A stretch of DNA of 6,432 bases from a virus (Duplodnaviria > Heunggongvirae > Uroviricota > Caudoviricetes). Shown piece after piece: positions 1 to 5,793 of this stretch. The notes under the pieces are model-generated. The model had not been told where the DNA came from. It saw only the letters and a program-made list of their open reading frames with translations, and ran no database searches. Each line of letters starts with the position of its first letter. Positions within the stretch are counted from its first letter, which is position 1. The stretch lies in the IMG/VR virus record IMGVR_UViG_2526164634_000019. One strand, given 5' to 3'. Made by a program: the position numbers and the translations under genes.

Positions 1-1
1 T

Positions 2-1461
2 GTCACCTGCCCGTCAAAATACCACGCCACAACAGAGAACGGTCATCCGAATCCCAAATGGAACGGGGCCACCATGCGCGACTCCAGCGATTACCTGGTT
101 AACACGTTTTTTGCGGCTGTCCGCAAAAAACTGAACCGCGACGGTCTGCGCTGGTATGGCATCCGCACGGTGGAGCCTCACCATGACGGCACCGTGCACT
201 GGCATATGATGGTCTTTGCTCATCCGGAAGAAATCGACACCATTGTGTCCCACACCCGCGATATTGCCATTCAGGAAGACCGCCACGAGCTGGGCGATGA
301 CATAACTCCGCGCTTTAAGGCGGAGTACGTCGACGGCTCAAAAGGCACACCAACCAGCTACATCGCCACCTACATCGGAAGAACCTGGACAGCCACGCCG
401 TGGATGGCATCGACCCGAAAACGGGCAAGCCACGCGTTGACCACGAAACCGGAAAATCAATGGCCGAGAGCGTGGAGCGCGCCATCGGCTGGGCGCGCCT
501 TCACCGGGTCCGCCAGTTCCAGTTCTTTGGCATCCCCTCCCGTCAGGTGTGGCGTGAACTGCGCCGCCTTGCCAGCCAGATGGCACGCAACCCGGAAGGC
601 CCGCAACGACTGAAGGACGACGCAATGGATGCGGTACTCGCTGCCGCTGATGCCGGGTGTTTTGCCTCCTACATTGAAAAACAGGGTGGCGTACTTGTTC
701 CACGCAAAGACTACCTGATTCGCACCGCCTACGACCTCGCAGATGAGCTGAACGATTACGGCGAACAGAGCGTACAGATTTACGGGATCTGGTCACCACT
801 CATCGGGGAGTCCTCCCGTGTGTGCACGCATCCGGATAACTGGAAGCTGGTAAGACGTAAACCGGAAGCGGAAGACAGCGCCCGCGAAAATGGTTTTGAC
901 CTTCAGGGCGGCCCTGCCGCCCCTTGGACTCGTGGCAATAACTGTCCCCGTGTACAGGAAACAGGCAACAACGGGACAGAACAGCCGGAAGAACGGCCAG
1001 CACCGTGGCCGCAGCTTCCTGACGGCGTTGAAGTAAATGAATGGATGCGCTCACTGAAACGGCACGAACGCCGGGCGCTGATGCGTTCGCTTCGTGACAA
1101 ACAGGCAAAAAACAGCAGCGATGAAATGCAGAACTGGACACAGAGCCGCAAACAGCAGCGGCCTTTGCCTGATAACCACGAGTTACTCGCTAAAGAATGG
1201 CGGGAGTCTGCTGAATCTCTCGGCCTGCATATCGGTGAACAACAGATGCAGCACCTGTTACGGGGCGGCAGCCTGTACGTTGACGGCAGCATCATTGCAC
1301 CGCAGGGATTTGAAATTGTACGCAAACCGGATACCCGCCCGGACAGCCGAATCACGCAGCTCTGGCAGCGTCTGAGCCGTAATCATGGCGTAAGCAGCAC
1401 GGAGATCCGCCATAACCCGGTCGCCAGCTATCTGGCACAGCTGGGGGCGATCAGACCCTGA
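2..1461 (+). pseudogene. HUH rolling-circle replication endonuclease (phage P2 gpA family); 5' end outside window; apparent 1-bp frameshift near 377-381
   Basis: Frame 2 is open from the window edge and gives ...TCPSKYHATTENGHP...GIRTVEPHHDGTVHWHMMVF (HUH motif HWH) ...GTPTSYIATYIG (paired catalytic Tyr, YxxxY). At GGAAG (377-381) this frame becomes low-complexity Ala/Ser/Arg-rich and stops at 613. Frame 1, closed by a TAA at 316-318, takes over at 379 with protein-like KNLDSHAVDGIDPKTGKPRVDHETGK... and runs to TGA at 1459-1461. Restoring one A (GGAAAG) would give a continuous YIATYIGKNLDS, analogous to phiX174 gpA YVAKYVNKK. ORF track pieces are 74..613 and 400..1461. Confidence 0.75.
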
Positions 1462-1507
1462 AGCCGCCGCACGCCTGGCATCCACACTTCAGCAGGACCA
1501 GAACACC

Positions 1508-1711
1508 ATGAAAACACCCGTTACCGTGCTTTCTGACATGCTGCGCGCCATCCGCGACGCAGAGCACGCACAGAGAATCAGTGAAACCACTGAACGCGCC
1601 AGCCGCAAAGCAGACCTGCTGCGGGGTGGCCTGACCAGTGGAAACAAAAAACAGACAGAAACGGGACTCACGAATCCCGTAAATGAGCAAAAAACGCGCA
1701 GTGATATATGA
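1508..1711 (+). CDS. hypothetical small protein (67 aa), basic/hydrophilic, downstream of gene A
   Basis: ATG at 1508 with a weak AGGA 12 nt upstream. Occupies the position of small ORFs that follow A in P2-like phages. Its 3' end overlaps the first palindromic site. No recognisable domain; could be non-coding. Confidence 0.3.
   Translation: MKTPVTVLSDMLRAIRDAEHAQRISETTERASRKADLLRGGLTSGNKKQTETGLTNPVNEQKTRSDI
1661..1680. promoter_or_regulatory. 20-bp palindromic operator-like site ACGGGACT-CACG-AATCCCGT (one mismatch)
   Basis: Inverted repeat read directly: 8-bp arms separated by 4 bp. Near-identical to the site at 1734-1753 and 73 bp (about 7 helical turns) away from it. Confidence 0.5.
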
Positions 1712-1733
1712 AGCGCGCACAAAACAGGCAAAA

Positions 1734-1753
1734 ACGGGATTTCAGAATCCCGT
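1734..1753. promoter_or_regulatory. 20-bp perfect palindromic operator-like site ACGGGATT-TCAG-AATCCCGT overlapping the putative stbA promoter
   Basis: Perfect 8-bp inverted arms with 4-bp spacer, 35 bp upstream of the stbA ATG. Flanked by a possible -35 TTCAGA and an AT-rich -10 (TAATTAAT). Candidate binding site for the StbB/ParR-like protein (autoregulation or centromere) or for another repressor. Confidence 0.5.
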
Positions 1754-1787
1754 AAACGATTAATTAATCAACATAAGGAAAATCGAC

Positions 1788-2747
1788 ATGAAAATTTGTA
1801 TCGACGACGGCTCCACCAACATCAAGCTGGCATGGACTGAGAACGGCGAACGCCGCAACGCCATCAGCCCGAACAGCTTCAAGTCGGAATGGTCTGCGCC
1901 GTTCGGTGGCACGCAGCCCGCGAACTACATGCTTGATGGCGTGCGCTATGGTTTTGATCCGGTCAGCGATCGCTTTGTCCAGACGACCGACACGCAATAC
2001 CAGTACAGCGATGTGAATGTCATTGCCATTCATCACGCGCTGGTCAAATCAGGCATCACACCACAGGAGGTGGATGTGGTTGTCACCCTGCCACTGAGCG
2101 AGTATTTCGACACAAACGCACAGCCGGACATGGCCAACATCAACCGCAAAAAAGCGAACGTTATGCGCCCGGTGGAATACCAGAACGGCGAAGCATTCAC
2201 TATCCGTAATGTACGGGTTATGCCTGAATCCATTCCGGCTGGCTTTAAAGCACTGGCTGACATGAGTCCGTTTGAATCCCTGCTGATTGTGGATTTAGGT
2301 GGAACCACGCTGGATGTGGCAAAGGTTCAGGGACAACTGGCAGGTATCAGCCAGGTGTTTTGCGATCCACACGTAGGCGTTTCCCTGATGGCCGATGCAG
2401 TACTGTCGGTGATGGCCACTAACGGTATGCGTACCAGTCACCACATCGCCAATACCATTATCGAACATCGCCATGATGAAGCCTGGCTGCGCCAGCACAT
2501 CCACAATGACGCGCATTACGCCAGCCTGATGGCGGTTATTCGTGAAAAGGAAGAAACACTGAAACAACGCGTGATCCGCGCGCTGGCGGGTTTTTCGGGT
2601 TACGGGCGGGTGATGCTTGTCGGTGGAGGGGCGGAGATTGTGGCACCCGCTATCCGCGAAGTCTGCGGAGTTAATGCGACTTTCATCGCGGACGGGGTGC
2701 CACAGTTTGCTCTGGTTAATGGGCTGTACGCAATGGACAAGGAGTAA
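1788..2747 (+). CDS. stbA: actin-like ATPase of type II plasmid partition systems (StbA/ParM family)
   Basis: 319-aa ORF with SD AAGGA 8 nt upstream of the ATG. N-terminus MKICIDDGSTNIKLAW and motifs VMPESIPAG, LIVDLGGTTLD, VMLVGGGAE, LVNG match the actin-fold phosphate/adenosine motifs and my recollection of R100 StbA (MLVFIDDGSTNIKLQW...). Not verified by database search. Confidence 0.85.
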   Translation: MKICIDDGSTNIKLAWTENGERRNAISPNSFKSEWSAPFGGTQPANYMLDGVRYGFDPVSDRFVQTTDTQYQYSDVNVIAIHHALVKSGITPQEVDVVVTLPLSEYFDTNAQPDMANINRKKANVMRPVEYQNGEAFTIRNVRVMPESIPAGFKALADMSPFESLLIVDLGGTTLDVAKVQGQLAGISQVFCDPHVGVSLMADAVLSVMATNGMRTSHHIANTIIEHRHDEAWLRQHIHNDAHYASLMAVIREKEETLKQRVIRALAGFSGYGRVMLVGGGAEIVAPAIREVCGVNATFIADGVPQFALVNGLYAMDKE

Positions 2748-2751
2748 ACCA

Positions 2752-3066
2752 ATGACGACACCAACCAGACGGATAAGTTTCTATCTGAAGCCCGCCGCCG
2801 TCAAGAGTGAACAGGAGGCGTGCAATTACCTCGATAGCCTGCCAGCCTCCGAACGCAGCCGCGCGCAACGCGCGGCCTTTCTGGCTGGGCTAGCGCTCAT
2901 AAAGCGCAACCCAGCATTTACCTACTGGATGGCCGAATGGCCAGAGGACAACCTCCCCTTCAATACCGTTAGCATCAAGGAAACATACCAGGATAATCAG
3001 CCTAGCGGAGTTGAATGCAATTTTTATAAAATAAAAAAGAATATTCAGACCTTATTCCCAGAATAA
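2752..3066 (+). CDS. stbB: StbB/ParR-like partition adaptor (likely ribbon-helix-helix DNA-binding protein), 104 aa
   Basis: ATG at 2752 preceded by SD AAGGAG (2739-2744), 4 bp after the stbA stop, so translationally coupled. The track ORF 2617..3066 uses an unlikely TTG start inside stbA. Sequence MTTPTRRISFYLKPAAV...SLPASERSRAQRAAFLAGLALIK resembles StbB/ParR N-terminal regions as I recall them. The last 25 or so codons lie in AT-rich DNA. Confidence 0.75.
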   Translation: MTTPTRRISFYLKPAAVKSEQEACNYLDSLPASERSRAQRAAFLAGLALIKRNPAFTYWMAEWPEDNLPFNTVSIKETYQDNQPSGVECNFYKIKKNIQTLFPE

Positions 3067-3114
3067 TCTGATAATTGTATGTGAACTAATAAAATACAGA
3101 CCAACACATCATTC

Positions 3115-3139
3115 TGGCACCCTTGCTAACAGGGTGCCA
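3115..3139. terminator. hairpin between convergent genes (9-bp stem TGGCACCCT/AGGGTGCCA, 7-nt loop), probable bidirectional terminator
   Basis: Perfect inverted repeat read directly, followed on the plus strand by TGTTTC. Located 49 bp after the stbB stop and 10 bp after the stop of the minus-strand gene ending at 3150. Confidence 0.5.
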
Positions 3140-3149
3140 ATGTTTCAAA

Positions 3150-3992
3150 TCATGATGAAATTGCCGAAGTTTTTTTATCGTGCTGAAGTACCGCAAATGC
3201 CATTAAAACCTCAAGAGAATAGCGGCGATAATACTTAACAAAACCATAATAAAATACTCGGGATGCAGCAATACAAAACAAGAGAAGAAAACAAAAAGGT
3301 AACAGTCTGATATTTATATCTATTAAAAAGGATAGAAGGAGCAGGAACATAAGCAACCAGACTGAAGCGAGAAAAACAAATGTAATGTTTCTACAAAAAC
3401 CATACAAAGCAACATAGTTTTGCATTTTCACCTGATGATTTTTAGAATGTTCATACACATAATGATAAGCAAGGCGAAAAAGATCGCCCCTCAAGCCCTT
3501 ACGTCGATATAGCGTAGATACAGAAAAAACATTTATATAACCATCTCGTATTTGCGGCCAAAAGACTTTAATAAGTATAGAATGCAGTGTGGTTTTATGA
3601 TGTTCTGCTTTATCAAAAGCTGATACAGGAAATAAAAAAACTCCACGAATAAAATTAACTATACTGAACTTAGTATTATGTCGTTTTATTTTCAGGGAGC
3701 TTCTTTTAGAAAACAGATAAATTGAAGGATACCCAAGTTTACTGTTCATGTATTTTTCAATTAAACAGGATGATAGAATAGATATGAAGTGACCTGAAAT
3801 ATATGATAGAACGATTAATACCACATATATAAATACACTTATTATTTCTTTATATTTCAGGATATGGTTAAGAATACCTTCTATATAAACAGGGTTAATT
3901 TCAATAGAAAACAAAAAAAGGATAAACAGGAATAACCCACCTGGAATTAGATAGCCCAAAAAGTCATAAAATGAAAACGGATTCTGTGTCAC
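3150..3992 (-). CDS. hypothetical polytopic membrane protein (280 aa; about 4 predicted TM helices flanking a roughly 125-aa basic central domain)
   Basis: Long minus-strand ORF in AT-rich DNA with a GTG start at 3992 preceded by SD-like AGGGGGAA. Strongly hydrophobic segments at roughly aa 9-29, 49-73, 205-227 and 233-255. Starts 39 bp downstream of the preceding gene stop, so it looks operonic. No recognisable catalytic motif by eye. Confidence 0.7.
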   Translation of the reverse strand: MTQNPFSFYDFLGYLIPGGLFLFILFLFSIEINPVYIEGILNHILKYKEIISVFIYVVLIVLSYISGHFISILSSCLIEKYMNSKLGYPSIYLFSKRSSLKIKRHNTKFSIVNFIRGVFLFPVSAFDKAEHHKTTLHSILIKVFWPQIRDGYINVFSVSTLYRRKGLRGDLFRLAYHYVYEHSKNHQVKMQNYVALYGFCRNITFVFLASVWLLMFLLLLSFLIDINIRLLPFCFLLLFCIAASRVFYYGFVKYYRRYSLEVLMAFAVLQHDKKTSAISS

Positions 3993-4031
3993 ACTTCCCC
4001 CTGTGTTACTTGTAAATTAAAGGGTAAAACA

Positions 4032-4529
4032 TTATTTGTTTTTCCGTAAAGGATTAGCTTTCCATCTTCTTACTAACCATTCGAATTCTTGATATGTAGT
4101 ATCCGAATTAATGCTTTCTCTGATTGCTTTAATTAATGGCTCGGCAATATCATATGTCTCTACAACTGTTGTGTAAGATGTTCTTTTTATCATTTTTTCA
4201 TCATAAATACCTTCACGAATACTTACAGCAACTCGCTCGTAAAAATTTAAAATATATTGAAATTTTCGACGCTCGGCCATTTCTTCATCTGTTATTATGC
4301 AACCATCACAAGGAAAAACATAAGAACGAAATGATTTGCCTGAACGATGCACTTGTTTCAGGGTATGCAATGACTCTATATATTGCATATCTTGCCGACT
4401 CTCAAAAAGAAAGTTGGCCGTTTGAGTTTTTTTTGCGGTACGCACATTGTAGATAATGGTTCCAATGGCAACCAAAACGCCAAGCAGAACAATAGCATTG
4501 CTGATGATTTGTAGTGTTATTGGGTTCAT
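4032..4529 (-). CDS. hypothetical single-pass membrane protein (165 aa; N-terminal TM helix plus about 135-aa soluble domain)
   Basis: ATG at 4529. N-terminal ITLQIISNAIVLLGVLVAIGTIIY is a clear TM/signal-anchor segment, followed by a charged soluble domain. AT-rich and co-oriented with the downstream polytopic membrane protein gene. Confidence 0.7.
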   Translation of the reverse strand: MNPITLQIISNAIVLLGVLVAIGTIIYNVRTAKKTQTANFLFESRQDMQYIESLHTLKQVHRSGKSFRSYVFPCDGCIITDEEMAERRKFQYILNFYERVAVSIREGIYDEKMIKRTSYTTVVETYDIAEPLIKAIRESINSDTTYQEFEWLVRRWKANPLRKNK

Positions 4530-4549
4530 CCTATTTCATCCATAAAAAA

Positions 4550-4570
4550 GGCGGGGAGCAAATCCCCGCC
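4550..4570 (-). terminator. intrinsic-terminator-like hairpin (8-bp GC-rich stem GGCGGGGA/TCCCCGCC, 5-nt loop) followed on the minus strand by T6
   Basis: Read directly. On the minus strand the hairpin is followed by TTTTTT (plus 4544-4549) and lies only about 14 nt upstream of the ATG at 4529, which leaves no room for a promoter between terminator and gene. Confidence 0.55.
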
Positions 4571-4590
4571 TCATTAGAGGTCAACGTAGC

Positions 4591-4626
4591 TTAGAAACCA
4601 TCAAATTCATCATACATTTTTTTCAT
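4591..4626 (-). other. candidate 11-codon leader ORF (MKKMYDEFDGF) with strong SD, upstream of the terminator hairpin
   Basis: Minus-strand ATG at 4626-4624 preceded by GAGGGGG with a 5-nt spacer; stop TAA at 4593-4591, 20 nt before the hairpin. The arrangement promoter, leader ORF, terminator, structural genes resembles an attenuator. Could be coincidental. Confidence 0.25.
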
Positions 4627-4678
4627 ATCAACCCCCTCATAGAAATCATAACCACGTTTTGTGGTTTTTGTGACGTAT

Positions 4679-4707
4679 AAACTACATCAAAGGCAAGCCA
4701 CGGTCAA
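4679..4707 (-). promoter_or_regulatory. candidate sigma70 promoter for the leader and membrane-protein operon (-35 TTGACC, 17-bp spacer, -10 TAGTTT)
   Basis: Minus-strand TTGACC (plus 4707-4702) and TAGTTT (plus 4684-4679) with a 17-bp spacer; the -10 keeps the conserved T1, A2, T6. Predicted from sequence only. Confidence 0.35.
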
Positions 4708-4726
4708 ATATATAGGCATGCTTACC

Positions 4727-4756
4727 TGCACAAAAGTGCACAAATTTGCACAATTT
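4727..4756. repeat. three tandem 10-bp direct repeats TGCACAA(A)nn at the right edge of the AT-rich island
   Basis: TGCACAAAAG / TGCACAAATT / TGCACAATTT in helical phase, read directly. The middle copy contains the palindrome GTGCAC. Confidence 0.5.
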
Positions 4757-5127
4757 TTTTGAACGACTTTTTACCCTTCCGGCCCGCATGGCGGCTGGAT
4801 CCGTCAAGGATCCGTGCGTGCACAAAAAAACGCGCTTTTTCTGCGCGCAGGTGACGGGGGAACAGCCCGCGTTTCAGGGGGTAAATAGCATTCCCTGAAC
4901 GATGTCGCAGAGATAGAACAGAATGGCTGTATTTCTCACGCTGAGCGTGAAAAAGACGTGAGGGCTTTTGATTTGATGGGGTGAAAGGTAAGGCCGTCAA
5001 AATCGCACTGAGACGGCGAGAACATGCAGTCAACGCGGTGGGATTGCGTAAGAGTCTGACTGTCGATGATGGCAATCAGCAGGAAAGCGTCGTGAAATTA
5101 TCTGACTGATACAGGAGCTGGAGAGTC

Positions 5128-5150
5128 GGGGCATAAATTTTTTATGCCCC
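5128..5150. terminator. inverted repeat GGGGCATAAA-TTT-TTTATGCCCC, 28 bp downstream of the portal gene stop
   Basis: 10-bp stem with 3-nt loop read directly. No flanking U-tract on either strand, so it may be a terminator for the leftward late operon or a protein-binding or packaging site. Confidence 0.4.
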
Positions 5151-5177
5151 GGCGAAGCAGCAGACAAGCGAAGCGCG

Positions 5178-5747
5178 TCAGGATGTGGGCTGGGTGTCTA
5201 ACAGTGCGTAAGGGTTAAAGCGGATCACCTCTTCGCCAAGCCAGTCATTGATGTGCTTCATGGCCTCCATGACGGGCATCAGCTCGTTAATTGCGTAAAC
5301 CCGCGCGGCCTTCTCCACATCACCAAACGCACTTTTTTCGCCCGGCATCGCCCCCATCAGTTGCGGCGGAACGCGGTGCGCAGCCAGCACATCATCACGG
5401 GATGCCGCCTTAACATTCATGAACTCATCCTTTGCGGTGATCTGCTGGAACGGCAAAATTTGCACCCCTTCTTTGCCCCCGTTGGGCGCATGAATGAGCA
5501 CGTTTTTAAATGCACCACCACCACGCGCACCCTGTAACGTTTCTTTCAGGGAGTCCATGCTTTCGCGGTTTACCTGCGCTGCACCGATGTAGATGATGCA
5601 CCCGGCGTGGGATCCGTTGTCGTAGTACAGTTTTCTGAACATGTCCGCCGAATGAGAAAGGCTGGCCGAGAGTAATGCGCCAAGATATTCCGGCATGCCG
5701 TAGATTTCCTGGTTAATATCCGGATTCATCAGGTGGCACACTTTGCC
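5178..5747 (-). CDS. phage portal protein (P2 gpQ-like), C-terminal part only; 5' portion separated by IS10 insertion
   Basis: Minus-strand ORF ending at the stop at 5180-5178. Translation ...HRVPPQLMGAMPGEKSAFGDVEKAARVYAINEL...WLGEEVIRFNPYALLDT resembles the C-terminus of P2-family portal proteins (from memory). The frame runs straight into the IS10 terminal repeat at 5748 and hits a stop inside IS10 at 5760-5762, so the gene is interrupted. Confidence 0.7.
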   Translation of the reverse strand, partial: GKVCHLMNPDINQEIYGMPEYLGALLSASLSHSADMFRKLYYDNGSHAGCIIYIGAAQVNRESMDSLKETLQGARGGGAFKNVLIHAPNGGKEGVQILPFQQITAKDEFMNVKAASRDDVLAAHRVPPQLMGAMPGEKSAFGDVEKAARVYAINELMPVMEAMKHINDWLGEEVIRFNPYALLDTQPTS

Positions 5748-5770
5748 CTGATGAATCCCCTAATGATTTT
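5748..5770. repeat. IS10 outside-end terminal inverted repeat
   Basis: Exact match to the 23-bp IS10 outside end as remembered. Confidence 0.85.
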
Positions 5771-5793
5771 TATCAAAATCATTAAGTTAAGGT

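Larger units (their letters stand above)
1..5747. mobile_element. P2-like prophage segment: replication gene A, accessory hotspot, cos-proximal non-coding region, portal gene Q
   Basis: Gene order and orientation (A on plus strand, variable cargo, non-coding GC-rich region, Q on minus strand) match the P2 prophage arrangement A-tin/old-cos-Q. A-like and Q-like translations recognised by eye, no database search. Right edge is set by the IS10 insertion at 5748. Confidence 0.7.

Noticed and set aside
14-1485. Multiple ORFs antisense or out of frame within gene A (14..286 -, 338..799 -, 800..1141 -, 903..1355 -, 1094..1375 +, 1258..1485 -)
   Set aside because: They overlap the recognisable A reading frame, and their translations are low-complexity Arg/Ala/Ser/Cys-rich, as is typical for wrong-frame ORFs in GC-rich coding DNA.
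1451-1731. Minus-strand ORFs 1451..1720 and 1489..1731
   Set aside because: Antisense to the small plus-strand ORF and to the operator region; Cys-rich, non-protein-like translation, no RBS.
1764-2567. Minus-strand ORFs 1764..2036, 2033..2308, 2295..2567
   Set aside because: Entirely antisense to the well-supported stbA/parM-like gene.
2617-2751. Upstream TTG start for the stbB ORF (track ORF 2617..3066)
   Set aside because: It would overlap the last 130 bp of stbA in another frame; the ATG at 2752 has a consensus AAGGAG SD, and the homologous N-terminus begins there.
4136-4456. Plus-strand ORF of 106 aa
   Set aside because: Antisense within the 165-aa membrane protein gene; AT-rich antisense ORFs of this kind are common artefacts; no RBS.
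4544-4570. Possible cos site, based on GGCGGGGA resembling the core of the P2/186 cohesive end
   Set aside because: Only about half of the 19 positions match my recollection of the P2 end; the sequence is a perfect hairpin followed by T6 on the minus strand, which is better explained as an intrinsic terminator; it is also further from Q than expected for cos.
4722-5075. Minus-strand ORF of 117 aa in the cos-proximal region
   Set aside because: Low-complexity Arg/Ser-rich translation with no RBS, in a region full of repeats and palindromes that is expected to be non-coding.
5253-5537. Plus-strand ORF of 94 aa
   Set aside because: Antisense inside the portal (Q) coding region.
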